64,000 nucleotides of DNA from an uncultured delta proteobacterium (GCA_963711835.1 CAVQFQ010000006.1:32001-96000); one strand, 5' to 3'; shown: positions 30,168 through 39,787, counted from the first letter of the stretch. The notes: generated by a model from the letters alone, not told the origin. Made by a program: numbers and translations.

Positions 30168-30224
30168 CGGCAGGGATAGGAGCAGACAACCATGACGACA
30201 AGGGCTCTATAAGAAAAGGTACCT

Positions 30225-30380
30225 ATGTTTGAGCAGGCTTTCAAAAACATCGACGACATCCTCCGGGGTGTCCATGACTCCATCGCCGACGCCGTGGCCG
30301 ATCTGGGAAGACCGGAAGAGATTGGCAAGGTGTTCGCAGGCTTCCAGAAATACCTGTATCAGCAACAGGCCGCCGCATGA
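30225..30380 (+). pseudogene. In-frame fusion scar of a type I RM operon: HsdM N-terminus + HsdR C-terminus
   Basis: MFEQAFKNIDDILR joined to HDSIADAVADLGRPEEIGKVFAGFQKYLYQ. Confidence 0.75.
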
Positions 30381-30465
30381 CAAGCATGAACGTGGAGACC
30401 GAACAAGAATCATAAGCGCGCGTCCAATGGACCGCAAGGAGAAGAAAATCTATGAAGAAAGTTAG
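30377..30465 (+). pseudogene. BrnT toxin remnant (C-terminus only)
   Basis: ERGDRTRIISARPMDRKEKKIYEES* overlapping the antitoxin start. Confidence 0.75.
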
Positions 30466-30709
30466 AGAATCCGACGAACTCCGTCCGGAGTATAGGCGGG
30501 AGGATTTAGGTCAAGGAGTCCGCGGTAAGTATTTTGAGTCTTACCAAAAAGGTACCAATCTGGTGCTCCTCAGCCCCGATGTGGCAAAGGTATTCCCCAC
30601 AGAAGAAGCCGTCAACGAGGCGCTGAGGTCCCTCATAAACGTCGCGCAGAAATCGGCGGGCCTAACAAGACGGTCAACTGGACTCGCCAGAAAGCTGCGC
30701 GCCGGTTAG
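30452..30709 (+). CDS. BrnA-like antitoxin
   Basis: DELRPEY..GVRGKY..LLSPDVAKVFPTEEAVNEALR. Confidence 0.8.
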   Translation: MKKVRESDELRPEYRREDLGQGVRGKYFESYQKGTNLVLLSPDVAKVFPTEEAVNEALRSLINVAQKSAGLTRRSTGLARKLRAG

Positions 30710-30726
30710 CTTGCCCGTGGTGGGGC
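30660..30726 (+). mobile_element. Degenerate attC site 4
   Basis: GCCTAAC followed by an AACTGG/CCGGTT stem; right end lacks a clean GTTRRRY. Confidence 0.45.
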
Positions 30727-30760
30727 AAAATGAATTTACAGACTGTTACCTTTGCCGCGT

Positions 30761-30830
30761 CCCAGACAGGCCCTGGTTGGACGATCCAGGCAGGCTGCAC
30801 CATGTCATGGTCCGGGGAATAGAGAAGATG
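30761..30830 (+). mobile_element. N-terminal remnant of a RAYT/Y1-type transposase
   Basis: PRQA(frameshift)LDDPGRLHHVMVRGIEK matches the RAYT start PRxARLDxPGxLHHVxxRGIE. Confidence 0.65.
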
Positions 30831-30831
30831 A

Positions 30832-31659
30832 TTATTTCCCTGCGGCGTTAGGAATGAACAAGGGATTCCCGTTCTTATCCTTAAAGGCCCCGATGGCCTG
30901 CTGGCCTTCCTTGGAGACCAGCCAGTTGGCGAACTCCATGGCCTCCTTGTATTTGACGTGTTTGTGCTTCTCGGGATTCACAGACATAACGGCATACTGA
31001 TTGAAAAGAGCCGGATCCCCTTCCAGGACAATGATCATGTCCAGTTTGTCTTTATCCTTGGTGGCCAACCAGGTCCCTCGATCGGTCAAGGTATAGGCCC
31101 GCTTCTCATTGGCGATCCGCTGGGTCTTTTCCATGCCCTGGCCGACTTCGAGATACCAGGGTTTCCCTTTGGGGTCTATTCCTGTAGCTGCCCATAGGGC
31201 AAGTTCTTTGGTATTCGTACCCGACTTATCTCCCCGGGAGACAAAAGGGAGGGAATTTTCGGCGATCTTGCGGAAGGCCTCTCCGGCCAGCTTGGTTCCT
31301 TTAATTTTGGCCGGATCATTGGGAGGGCCGATGATCACAAAGTCGTTGTACATAACTTCCTGCCGGTTGACAAAGTAGCCTTCAGCCACAGCCTTCAGTT
31401 CCAATTCCTTAGCATGGACAAAGACCACATCGGCGTCGCCCCGTTTGCCGATCTCGATGGAGGCCCCGGTCCCTACGGCCACCACATCCACCTTGATACC
31501 GGTCTTCTTTTCAAAGATGGGCAGGATATAATCAAACAGCCCGGAGTTCTGGGTGCTGGTGGTGGAAGCACAGCGGATGCGGGTTTGGGCATAAAGGTTG
31601 CCAACAGAAACCGTGAAAATTATCCCTATTATCAAAAGCATTAACCCGAGTCTTTTCAT
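30832..31659 (-). CDS. tupA: Tungstate-binding protein TupA (exported)
   Basis: Signal peptide; ASTTSTQNSGL, VGTG, SRGDKSGT, YTLTDRGTW. Confidence 0.93.
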   Translation of the reverse strand: MKRLGLMLLIIGIIFTVSVGNLYAQTRIRCASTTSTQNSGLFDYILPIFEKKTGIKVDVVAVGTGASIEIGKRGDADVVFVHAKELELKAVAEGYFVNRQEVMYNDFVIIGPPNDPAKIKGTKLAGEAFRKIAENSLPFVSRGDKSGTNTKELALWAATGIDPKGKPWYLEVGQGMEKTQRIANEKRAYTLTDRGTWLATKDKDKLDMIIVLEGDPALFNQYAVMSVNPEKHKHVKYKEAMEFANWLVSKEGQQAIGAFKDKNGNPLFIPNAAGK

Positions 31660-31772
31660 TTTAAGTTCGCCTTTCTCTTGTTGTTAGACCAAAGAAATGA
31701 ATTGATAGGAAGGGGCGTTCGGGCTTCTTTAACCCTTGGCCCCTTGAACCTTTGAATCCTTTACTCCTTTAC

Positions 31773-33179
31773 TTACCAGACAATCTCAAACCGGGCCAAG
31801 ATCCCATCTTCGGAATCCAGTTTTTTACCGCTTACATCGATCTTCTGGTCGAAGTTGGTACGGTAATAATTAACCATGATTCTAAACATATCGTTGGGAT
31901 ACCAGTTCAGCCCAAAGGTATAGCCGCTGGCCCGATTGGTATATAGTCTGGGGTCCACAAAACCCTTATCCAGGAGTGCCTTGTCCATATCCAGCCATTC
32001 ATAACGGGCCAAGAGTTGGAAGGCCCCGTAGCCGCCCTTACCAAACACGAAGGGCTTTTTAGGACTGATCTGCTGGGGCAGCCCATTCCTCCAGGGTTCA
32101 TGCTCACCCGTTAAAAACCAGCCCAGGGATACATAACCCGCATTGCCGCTAAAGCTTCCCGTTTTGGTGCCGTTGCGAAGATCATTCAATTGCAGGTTCA
32201 CGTATTCACCTTTAAGGGATACCGGACCGACCAGCCAGGCCAGTTCGCCTCCCAATCGGGTACGGTTGCCGTCCTGGGCGACCGTATCCTGAAATTGCAT
32301 GAAGGTTGTCCCGGCGGCGGTTTTAAAGGCATTTTTCCACCAGTCGGTGCTGGGTTTAGCGGTATGCTCTATCCCGGTGGTAAAGGCCCCGCCGATATGA
32401 AAGTCTTTAAGGAAGGCGTTATCCAACTTGGAAAAAGGTGCCAGGGTGATTCTTCCCGCCAGGTCCTTCTGGTCATCCACGTCACCGGCCGTATTGAGTT
32501 TGACGCCGTTAAAAACACCCAGTTGATAATACAGGAGATCCTTGGCGACATTTCCGTGAATCATCATCCCGATATCGCGAGAAGGCGCCCAGTTGTCGGC
32601 TAAAGAACGTTCTACAAAATCGATCCAGTTGTCGGAGTGCAGTTCCTCCATTAAGAAGGGGACCTTGAACTGCCCGAACATAAACTGGGCATAAGGGACA
32701 TAGCGGATGTTCATGAAGGCGTCATTAAGCCGGGGGTTCCCCTGGCCGAATTCCGGTTCGACCATAAAATCATAATAGTTATATAAGGTTCCGATTAGGG
32801 CCAGCCGGGCGCGCTTGATGAAAAAAGAATCATTATTGGGATTGTCTCCCAGGTACTGTTTGTAGTCGGCATGGAGCCGGCCTGAAATCCGGATTTTGCT
32901 GGCCCCATCGGCTGATTCGATGGAAAAGCCCCTTTTAAAATCGACCTTGGCCCCTTCGGTCGATTTTTTCTCGGCCGCCGCCCGTAATTTTGCTACTTCG
33001 GCATCTTCGGCCTCAACCTCTTTTTTAAGTTCCTGGTATTTTTCCTGACTGACGATCTTGCTTTCCAAGAGAATATCCAGGATTTTTTCGTTGACCGATT
33101 TGGCTTGGGAAATCGAGGCACTTCCCCAGAGAAATACCAGGCCCATTACGATAGCAATCCAACTTTTTTTGATACACAT
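31773..33179 (-). CDS. OprO/OprP-family anion-selective porin
   Basis: Signal peptide; IKRARL, GQFKVPF..E, FVERS, GLNWY; C-terminal Trp. Confidence 0.85.
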   Translation of the reverse strand: MCIKKSWIAIVMGLVFLWGSASISQAKSVNEKILDILLESKIVSQEKYQELKKEVEAEDAEVAKLRAAAEKKSTEGAKVDFKRGFSIESADGASKIRISGRLHADYKQYLGDNPNNDSFFIKRARLALIGTLYNYYDFMVEPEFGQGNPRLNDAFMNIRYVPYAQFMFGQFKVPFLMEELHSDNWIDFVERSLADNWAPSRDIGMMIHGNVAKDLLYYQLGVFNGVKLNTAGDVDDQKDLAGRITLAPFSKLDNAFLKDFHIGGAFTTGIEHTAKPSTDWWKNAFKTAAGTTFMQFQDTVAQDGNRTRLGGELAWLVGPVSLKGEYVNLQLNDLRNGTKTGSFSGNAGYVSLGWFLTGEHEPWRNGLPQQISPKKPFVFGKGGYGAFQLLARYEWLDMDKALLDKGFVDPRLYTNRASGYTFGLNWYPNDMFRIMVNYYRTNFDQKIDVSGKKLDSEDGILARFEIVW

Positions 33180-33200
33180 GTTGCTTCCTCCTTTGGGAGA

Positions 33201-33246
33201 ATTATGTCATAAGAAGCACATATGTCATTAATTACATATATGTCAA
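33201..33246 (-). promoter_or_regulatory. Tandem operators (TATG-N10-CATA, 18-bp period) abutting -35 TTGACA (porin-tupA promoter)
   Basis: ATTATG-N10-CACATA overlapping CATATG-N10-CATATA, then TGTCAA. Confidence 0.72.
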
Positions 33247-33339
33247 GAAAATTTTTTTTGCTTATAGGAACGGGGGAAAATTTAGCGGAAGACTAATGTA
33301 ATATTTTACAAAGATCCGGAGGCCTTTTGTGGGAGAGAT

Positions 33340-34203
33340 CTATTTAAGAGACTGTGCCTTCCAGGTCGCGTCATGATAAAGCGCTTCTCCATAGACATCC
33401 TTGCCGAAATCTCTGATGAGCTGCTGGCCCCGGTCCGAGGCCAAAAATGTTAAAAATTTAGCTCCTATCTCCGCCCCGGGTGTCGCCCCGGAAGGCTGGC
33501 ACAATCCGTGGTAGGCGTTGATCAGAAAAGGGTCTCCCTGATAGAGGATTTTGAAATGGGGCAAACCGGCCTTTTCCATCACCCAGGTGCTGCTATCGGT
33601 CAGGAAATAACCCCGTTCATCATAGGCCTTTTTCAGGGAGACCCCCATAAAATCATGGGTTATTCGGTAGTAATTCCCATGGGGTTGAACCCCGGCTTGG
33701 CGCCAAATAGCCATTTCTTTTCGGTGGGTCCCGGAATCATCTCCTCTGGAAAAAAATAGAGCTTTTTTGATGACAATCCGCCTGAAGGCTTCCGCCGCAC
33801 TGGCGGCCCCGGCCGTTTGGGCCGGGTCCTCGGAAGGGCCGACCAGGTAAAATTCATTAAAACCCAGCAAGGTTCTTTTCGCAGCCCAGCCTTCTTGAAC
33901 CGCCTTTTCCTCAGCGGCGGGGGAATGAACCAGAATGACATCCACTTTTTTGTTTTGGAGGAGTTTGAAGGACTCCCCGGAACCGGCTTTCACCCAGCAG
34001 AGGGAACTGCCGGTCTCCCGGGAAAAATCCTCTCCTAAGATACGGAGCAATCCCAATTCACCGGGGCTTCCAGTGGCTACAGAGAAAACAAGACTGCCTT
34101 TCCCATAAAGCTGGCTGCACCCGGTTGTCGCAATCGCTTCCGAAAAACAAATGGACACCGTCAGGAGAAGAGAAAAGAGCGAATAGCAAATCGCCTTTTT
34201 CAT
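33340..34203 (-). CDS. TupA-like binding protein, variant motif
   Basis: Signal peptide; ATGSPGELGL in place of the STTS motif; SRGDDSGT, LTDSSTW. Confidence 0.82.
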   Translation of the reverse strand: MKKAICYSLFSLLLTVSICFSEAIATTGCSQLYGKGSLVFSVATGSPGELGLLRILGEDFSRETGSSLCWVKAGSGESFKLLQNKKVDVILVHSPAAEEKAVQEGWAAKRTLLGFNEFYLVGPSEDPAQTAGAASAAEAFRRIVIKKALFFSRGDDSGTHRKEMAIWRQAGVQPHGNYYRITHDFMGVSLKKAYDERGYFLTDSSTWVMEKAGLPHFKILYQGDPFLINAYHGLCQPSGATPGAEIGAKFLTFLASDRGQQLIRDFGKDVYGEALYHDATWKAQSLK

Positions 34204-34209
34204 CCTTCG

Positions 34210-34992
34210 CTATTTCTTCCCCTTAATCACCGAGGGTATGGCGTCGGGATAAAAAAGATTGGTGCCGTGCTTTTTATAGCCGGCGATCAATTTCTGCCCT
34301 TCCTGGGAAGTCACAAAAGCGATAAATTCCATGGCCGCCAGGTAATTCATCCTGGGGAATTTGTCCGGGTTCACGGCGATGACGCTATAATTATTGCGCA
34401 GCAGCGGATCGCCTTTAAAAAGGACTTTCAAACCCAATTTGGCTTCGTACTTCAGGAAGGTCCCCATGTCCGTCAGGGTGTAGGCGCCCTGTCGGTCCGC
34501 TTGGATCAGGGTATCGGCCATGTTGGCCCCGGCTTCCTGATACCAGGTTTTTCCCTTGGGATTGATACCGGCATCGTCCCACAAGTCCATTTCCCGGATG
34601 TTGGTACCGGAATCGTCCCCTCGAGAAAAAAAGGCGTTTCCCTTTTCGGCAATTTCTTCGAAGGCCTCAATGGCGGAGTGTGTTTTTTTTACTTTCGCCG
34701 GATCCTTGGCTGGTCCCACGATGGCAAATTCGTTATGCATGACGGCCCGCCGGTTAACCCCATAACCCTCAGCCACAAATTTTTCCTCCCGGAAAGGATC
34801 ATGCACGAAAAGAAGGTCTGCCTCTCCCTTTTTGGCCACCCGGATCGCCTTTCCCGTACCTACGGCAATGACTTCGACCTTGGCTTGAACCTTGGAAAAT
34901 TTTTCGTAGGCCGGGATTAGAATGTCAAAAAGCCCTGAATTTTGAGTGCTGGTGGTCGAAGCAATGATCAACCTGTTTTTACCTTTAACCAT
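34210..34992 (-). CDS. TupA-like protein lacking a signal peptide
   Basis: Strong RBS AAGGAGG before MVKGKNRLIIASTTSTQNSGL; no hydrophobic leader. Confidence 0.85.
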   Translation of the reverse strand: MVKGKNRLIIASTTSTQNSGLFDILIPAYEKFSKVQAKVEVIAVGTGKAIRVAKKGEADLLFVHDPFREEKFVAEGYGVNRRAVMHNEFAIVGPAKDPAKVKKTHSAIEAFEEIAEKGNAFFSRGDDSGTNIREMDLWDDAGINPKGKTWYQEAGANMADTLIQADRQGAYTLTDMGTFLKYEAKLGLKVLFKGDPLLRNNYSVIAVNPDKFPRMNYLAAMEFIAFVTSQEGQKLIAGYKKHGTNLFYPDAIPSVIKGKK

Positions 34993-35021
34993 GTTAATTT
35001 TCCTCCTTTATTTTGTCTTTT

Positions 35022-35064
35022 AAGACCTTAATTAAATAGTTACTATTGAATAGGGTCTTGTCAA
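35022..35064 (-). promoter_or_regulatory. 38-bp AT-rich inverted repeat abutting TTGACA
   Basis: AAGACCTTAATTAAATAGT-T-ACTATTGAATAGGGTCTT then GTCAA. Confidence 0.5.
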
Positions 35065-35076
35065 GACAGAGGCCGA

Positions 35077-36003
35077 TTATTTTCTCACCCAAGGATCTTC
35101 CCCGTGCTGTTTGCGAATAAAATCCTGAAAGGTCGCCGTCCCTTCCTTCCGGGCCTGGCCGGCGGTCAGGAATTTTCCAACCATGAGCATATGCATTTCC
35201 GGGGGGAGGTCATTAAACTGGACTTCTTTTAAAAAACCCCCGACCGTGTTGCGGATCACCTTCTGCTTTTCCCGGTCGCCGGCATAGGTGACGACGGCCA
35301 CCGGTGTGTCTTTGGGGTAATGTTTCTTGAGCTGGGTGAAAAGTTTGGGATAGTCCAGATGCATGGTATAGAAGATCATACCGGTTTTGTGGGTCATCAA
35401 TTCCTTGTTTTTGTCTTTCCGGCCGGGCCAATCGGTCATGGTCAGGATCACCGAACTGGTGTCCCAGCCGTAAGGGGGGCTCATTTTCACGGCGGCACTG
35501 GCGGCCTGAAAGGCCCCTATCCCCGGGATGACTTCGGAAGGAAAGTCCTTGGGCAGCATCTCCAGGTAATAGGTCGTTCCATACATCATAGGATCGCCCC
35601 ACTGAAGCGCGGCCACGGTCTTGCCTTGTTCCACGGCCTTTTTGATCCGGTTAATTATTTCCTCCCGGGCCTGGGCGTTCTGTATCGCCTTGGCTTTTTT
35701 CCCCGGGTCTTTTATTGTCTCCGGGTCGATTCCATAATAGACCCGGGAAAAATGCCCCAGGTACCAGACTTCCTTGCCCTCGATCATGGGTTTCCAGGCT
35801 TCAAGATCGCCCCTTTCCTCCAGGAGGACGATATCGGTCTTCTTGAGCACCTCTTGGCCGCGGACAGTGATCAGGTCCGGCATGGTTCCCATGCCGACGA
35901 TATAGAATTTACCGGCTTCCGCCCAGGCTGAGCCGGCCAAAACAACCACGGTTAACAAAACAACTGCGACCAGAGTCGCCCAATTTTTGGTGCCTTTAAT
36001 CAT
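35077..36003 (-). CDS. Exported tetrapyrrole-methylase-like protein (CobM/CbiF-like)
   Basis: Sec-pathway signal peptide ending AWA; FYIVGMG..PDLITVRG, LQWGDPMMYG, VIPGIGAFQAASA. Confidence 0.82.
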   Translation of the reverse strand: MIKGTKNWATLVAVVLLTVVVLAGSAWAEAGKFYIVGMGTMPDLITVRGQEVLKKTDIVLLEERGDLEAWKPMIEGKEVWYLGHFSRVYYGIDPETIKDPGKKAKAIQNAQAREEIINRIKKAVEQGKTVAALQWGDPMMYGTTYYLEMLPKDFPSEVIPGIGAFQAASAAVKMSPPYGWDTSSVILTMTDWPGRKDKNKELMTHKTGMIFYTMHLDYPKLFTQLKKHYPKDTPVAVVTYAGDREKQKVIRNTVGGFLKEVQFNDLPPEMHMLMVGKFLTAGQARKEGTATFQDFIRKQHGEDPWVRK

Positions 36004-36024
36004 TACCTCTTTCCTTTCTCAATG

Positions 36025-36789
36025 TTAATTAAGATGATAGACAATGGGAAGAACGATCTGGGCTTCTATGGGAGGGCGGGGAAAAGGCTCGCTTTCCTTA
36101 ACGGTCTCCAGGGCCGTTCTATCCAGAAGCTCGTATCCCGAACTTTGCATCACCTTAGCCTCTTTAATCGTTCCGTTCAGATTGATAATAAAAGAAACCA
36201 GCACCTTGCCCTGCCAACCCAGGCGGCGGGCCTGGGAGGGATAACTGACGTTCCTGAGTATCTTTTCCCGAATATAGGCAAAATGTTCACTCAAATACTT
36301 TGTTTTTGCCTTTTCCATTCCCTCCTTCCCCATTCCAACCCCGGCCCCAGTCCCTCCGGCAGTACCCAGGGCGGCCCTGGAAGACCCGGAAGCATCGGCA
36401 GCCCCCGGTTGCCGCCCTTCCAATCCTCTTCCGGGCTCCATTTCTTTCAGTTCCGGGACGTTGATCGGGACGGTCAGGTCCGAGGTGGAATGAAGGGCCG
36501 TGGGGGTGTTATCCAAAGGCTTAGGAGATTCGGATCTGACCGAGGGCCTTTCTTCCTGAACCAAAACCCCTGGCGGGGTGAGCGAAGGCTGTTTCAATTC
36601 TACTTTCTGGCGAACGGGGGCGTTAGGGGGGCTTGATTGGGGGATAGGAGGGACTGGTTTTTCCAAACTGAAGTCGATCACCGTGAGGTGGTTCTTTTTT
36701 GCCGCCAGGCTGCTGAGACCCAGGATCCCAAATAGGAAAATGGCATGGATCAGGAAAGAAACCTGGATGGCTTTGGTTTGCGGTTTCAT
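36025..36789 (-). CDS. tonB: Energy transducer TonB
   Basis: N-terminal TM with SxxxH, Pro-rich linker, YPSQARRLGWQGKV..SSG..LD. Confidence 0.92.
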   Translation of the reverse strand: MKPQTKAIQVSFLIHAIFLFGILGLSSLAAKKNHLTVIDFSLEKPVPPIPQSSPPNAPVRQKVELKQPSLTPPGVLVQEERPSVRSESPKPLDNTPTALHSTSDLTVPINVPELKEMEPGRGLEGRQPGAADASGSSRAALGTAGGTGAGVGMGKEGMEKAKTKYLSEHFAYIREKILRNVSYPSQARRLGWQGKVLVSFIINLNGTIKEAKVMQSSGYELLDRTALETVKESEPFPRPPIEAQIVLPIVYHLN

Positions 36790-37166
36790 TTCCGTTCTTC
36801 GGTCTGGAGGCTGACCCTTTTAAATCCCATGGTTTTAATGATGTCCAGGACTTCGACAAAACCCTGGAGGGCAATATTCCGGTCGGCCCGGATCAAAATG
36901 GGGATATTCCGGTTGTGGCCGTCCATGGCTGCCTTTAATTCCGATAAAGAAATCGGTTTGGTGTTTAAAAAGATGTTTCCCTGGCGGTCGATTTCAACGG
37001 TCTGGGTGCGAAGCATTTCCCCCTGGCTCTTGACCACTTTAGGCAAGTCTATGGGGATCATTCCGGTGGCGATGAACGACGACGTAGTCAGGACAATGGT
37101 CAGGAGCACCAGCATGACATCCACCAGGGGGATGACATTGATGTAATCAAACTCCTTTTCTTCCAT
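36786..37166 (-). CDS. exbD: ExbD
   Basis: [19 protein letters not shown]. Confidence 0.93.
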   Translation of the reverse strand: MEEKEFDYINVIPLVDVMLVLLTIVLTTSSFIATGMIPIDLPKVVKSQGEMLRTQTVEIDRQGNIFLNTKPISLSELKAAMDGHNRNIPILIRADRNIALQGFVEVLDIIKTMGFKRVSLQTEERK

Positions 37167-37581
37167 TGCGGATCTCCCAATCCATCATCAACACTTTGAC
37201 CTTGCGCAGCAGGAAGTTATAGAGCGCGACCGAGGGGATGGCCACCAAAAGACCCACCGCCGTGGCCTTCAAGGCCAGGGCCAGGCCGACCATGATTTTC
37301 CCGGTGTCCATGAAACCTTCCAACCCGATGGTGTAAAAGGTGAGCATGATGCCCAAGACCGTCCCCAGCAAGCCGATGTAGGGCGCATTGCTGCCGATGG
37401 TGGCGATCAGGTGGAGCTTCCGGGTTAATTCTTTTTCCAGGCTTGGCCGGTCCGTAAATTGATCCAGCCTGATCTGGCGATACACCAAATACCGCTCGAT
37501 GGCGATCCCGATGGAAACGACGCTCATCAGGATCAATAATCCGATGATGCCATAATCTATGGCGATTTTCAGCCAATCCAT
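37147..37581 (-). CDS. exbB: ExbB (short form)
   Basis: [32 protein letters not shown]. Confidence 0.93.
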   Translation of the reverse strand: MDWLKIAIDYGIIGLLILMSVVSIGIAIERYLVYRQIRLDQFTDRPSLEKELTRKLHLIATIGSNAPYIGLLGTVLGIMLTFYTIGLEGFMDTGKIMVGLALALKATAVGLLVAIPSVALYNFLLRKVKVLMMDWEIRNGRKGV

Positions 37582-37695
37582 AGTTGATCCAGATAGGGGG
37601 GTCCGGGGCTATGAACGGCACAAAAAAGGTTCACCGGTCATAGCCCCGCCCAATTCCTATTAAAATATTCGGATTTTTTGGAGATAGTGCTTAGT

Positions 37696-39772
37696 TTAAA
37701 ATTTCCCGGTCAACCCTACCCAGAAATTTCGACCTGGTCCGGGAAAACCGTATTCCTGCTCATAGTTGATATCAAAGATGTTGTTCACTGCGAAATAAAC
37801 TTCAAAACACTTAAAAATGGGCTGGGTGGCCTTGAAGTTGGTCAGGAAATAATCCCCGGTCTTCAAGGTGGCCAAGGTCCGGTTTTGTGGGGTCGGAACC
37901 TGGGAAAGAGCCTCTCCGACATAAAGGCCGATCAGATCCAGCCGCGTCTTGGCCCGGGGGATGGTGTACTGGATACCCAGGTCCGCCTTATGCTTTGGAG
38001 AAAAAGGAACGTCGTCGCTAACCCGGCCGGCGCTGTCATTGCGGGATTCATTGTAGGTATAGTCGGCCCTTAAAAGCAGTCCTTCCATGGGATAAATAGA
38101 ACCGCCTAATTCAAAACCCGTTCGATTCACGTGGCCGTAATTTTGATAATTGCCGAGGATACCGGGGGCATCGCGGGAAATCAAATCGCTGATGTCGTGA
38201 TAGAACAGGGAGAGCTCAACCTGTCCCATCTTGCCGATGGCCTGGTTGACGCCGATGGTGTAATTGATGCTTTTTTCCGAGGACAAGTTGGTATTCCCAC
38301 CACGGGTGGCATAAAGCTGCCCCAGGGTGGGGAAGCGGCTTTTCTGGGCTATCGAACCAAAGAGTCTGGTGGCCTCCAGGATCCGATAGTTTATCCCCAA
38401 CATGGGATTGAATGCGCTGGTATTCGGGGTGGGGTTGGATGTCTGGCTTACGAAATTCCCGGTACTGGAATTGGTTACATTCTTCTGGGCCTGGGTAACC
38501 CCGAACCAGTCATAGCTGATCCCGCCGACCAGGGAAAGATTCTTGACTAATGTGAATTCGTCTTCCAGACCCAGGGATCCGGTCCGGGAGACGGATTCGG
38601 CAAAGGGCAGATAGGTGTCATCTCGCTCTTTATGGGAGTCTTCTTTGTAATGAAAGGACATGCGCAGGGTGTTCCATTTTACGGGCTGGAAATCCATAAA
38701 AAAAGACCCGCCCATAAAATAGTCCTCGTAGCGACTGGTGGCGATTTGCTTGGTAAAGCTCTGGTCGGAGTACGACACATAATCATCATTATGGTGATGA
38801 TAAAAAAGTTTGGCCTTAAGGGCAAACTGGTCGGTCAGCCGGTGGGCCCCATCCAGATCGACTCCCCAGTCTTCGTAATTTAGGATCCGGGCAAAATTGG
38901 AGAAGGCTGGCCGGGTGGTGATAACCTGATTGGAATCCGTGGAGGGGGGGTATCCTTTATCCCGGTTCAGGTAATGGAAGTTGACAAAAAATTCAGAATC
39001 CTTTTTTGGGGTCGCCCCGAATTTGGCCCAGAAATTCTTGCTGGTCAAATCCGAGTTGTTCCGGGTCCCGCCGTCCTCGAAAACGGCCTGGCTGGTCCCC
39101 CCGGGTGTGCGTCTGAGGGTCCCCTTTCTGGCTTTATAATCATCGGACAGATTCCAGCCGTTGGAATCCTGGAAAGAGGCATTCAGCCACCAGTTCCAAA
39201 TCCCCGCCTTCATACCATGGGTGGCCGAGAGCCGATAGGTTTGATTTTCCCCGAACTCAATCGTGGCGCTGGTAAAAGGCTTTTCAGACGGTTTTTTGGT
39301 AACAATGTTGATTACCCCAACCAGGGCATTGGGGCCGTAAAGAACCGAGGCAGCCCCTTTGGTGATTTCGATCTTGGCAATGTTGTCGGTCGGGATCTGG
39401 TTCAGATCCAACTTGCCGCCATTGGTTTCATAGTAAGGAACTCCATCGATCAGGATTAGGGCTTGGGTCTGATCAAACCCACGAATGGAGACATTGGGTT
39501 CGTTCTTCCGACCAATGGTAACCCGGACACCCGGGGCATAGGTCAGGGCCTCGGCCACGGTTTTGCTGTTGGTGGCCTGGATATCCTCAGCGGTGATCTC
39601 GGTGATGGTGGCTACTTCCCGGACGCCGGATTTTTGCTCTGAAACCACGATTTCGCCCAGGGTGTAGATCTCGAAATCCTTGGCCTGCGATTCCGAAGCG
39701 AACCAGCCAGGACCACACCCCAACCAAAGAAACAACCAGGGCCATTCCAATGATCCTTTTTCCTTCCTTCAT
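37696..39772 (-). CDS. TonB-dependent receptor with an apparent single-base frameshift in the signal-peptide region (~39718-39721)
   Basis: TonB box EIVVS, plug IRGF..LIDG, KGAASVLYG, NIFD..Y..GRNF..F end; RBS AGGAGG precedes ATG 39772, which is out of frame with the body. Confidence 0.85.
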
Positions 39773-39787
39773 TTTTTCCTCCTCCTT

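Noticed and set aside
37582-37695. Hairpin between the TonB receptor and exbB as a cobalamin or Moco riboswitch
   Set aside because: Simple stem (GGGGCTATGA/TCATAGCCCC) with no recognisable riboswitch core, and it lies downstream of the receptor.
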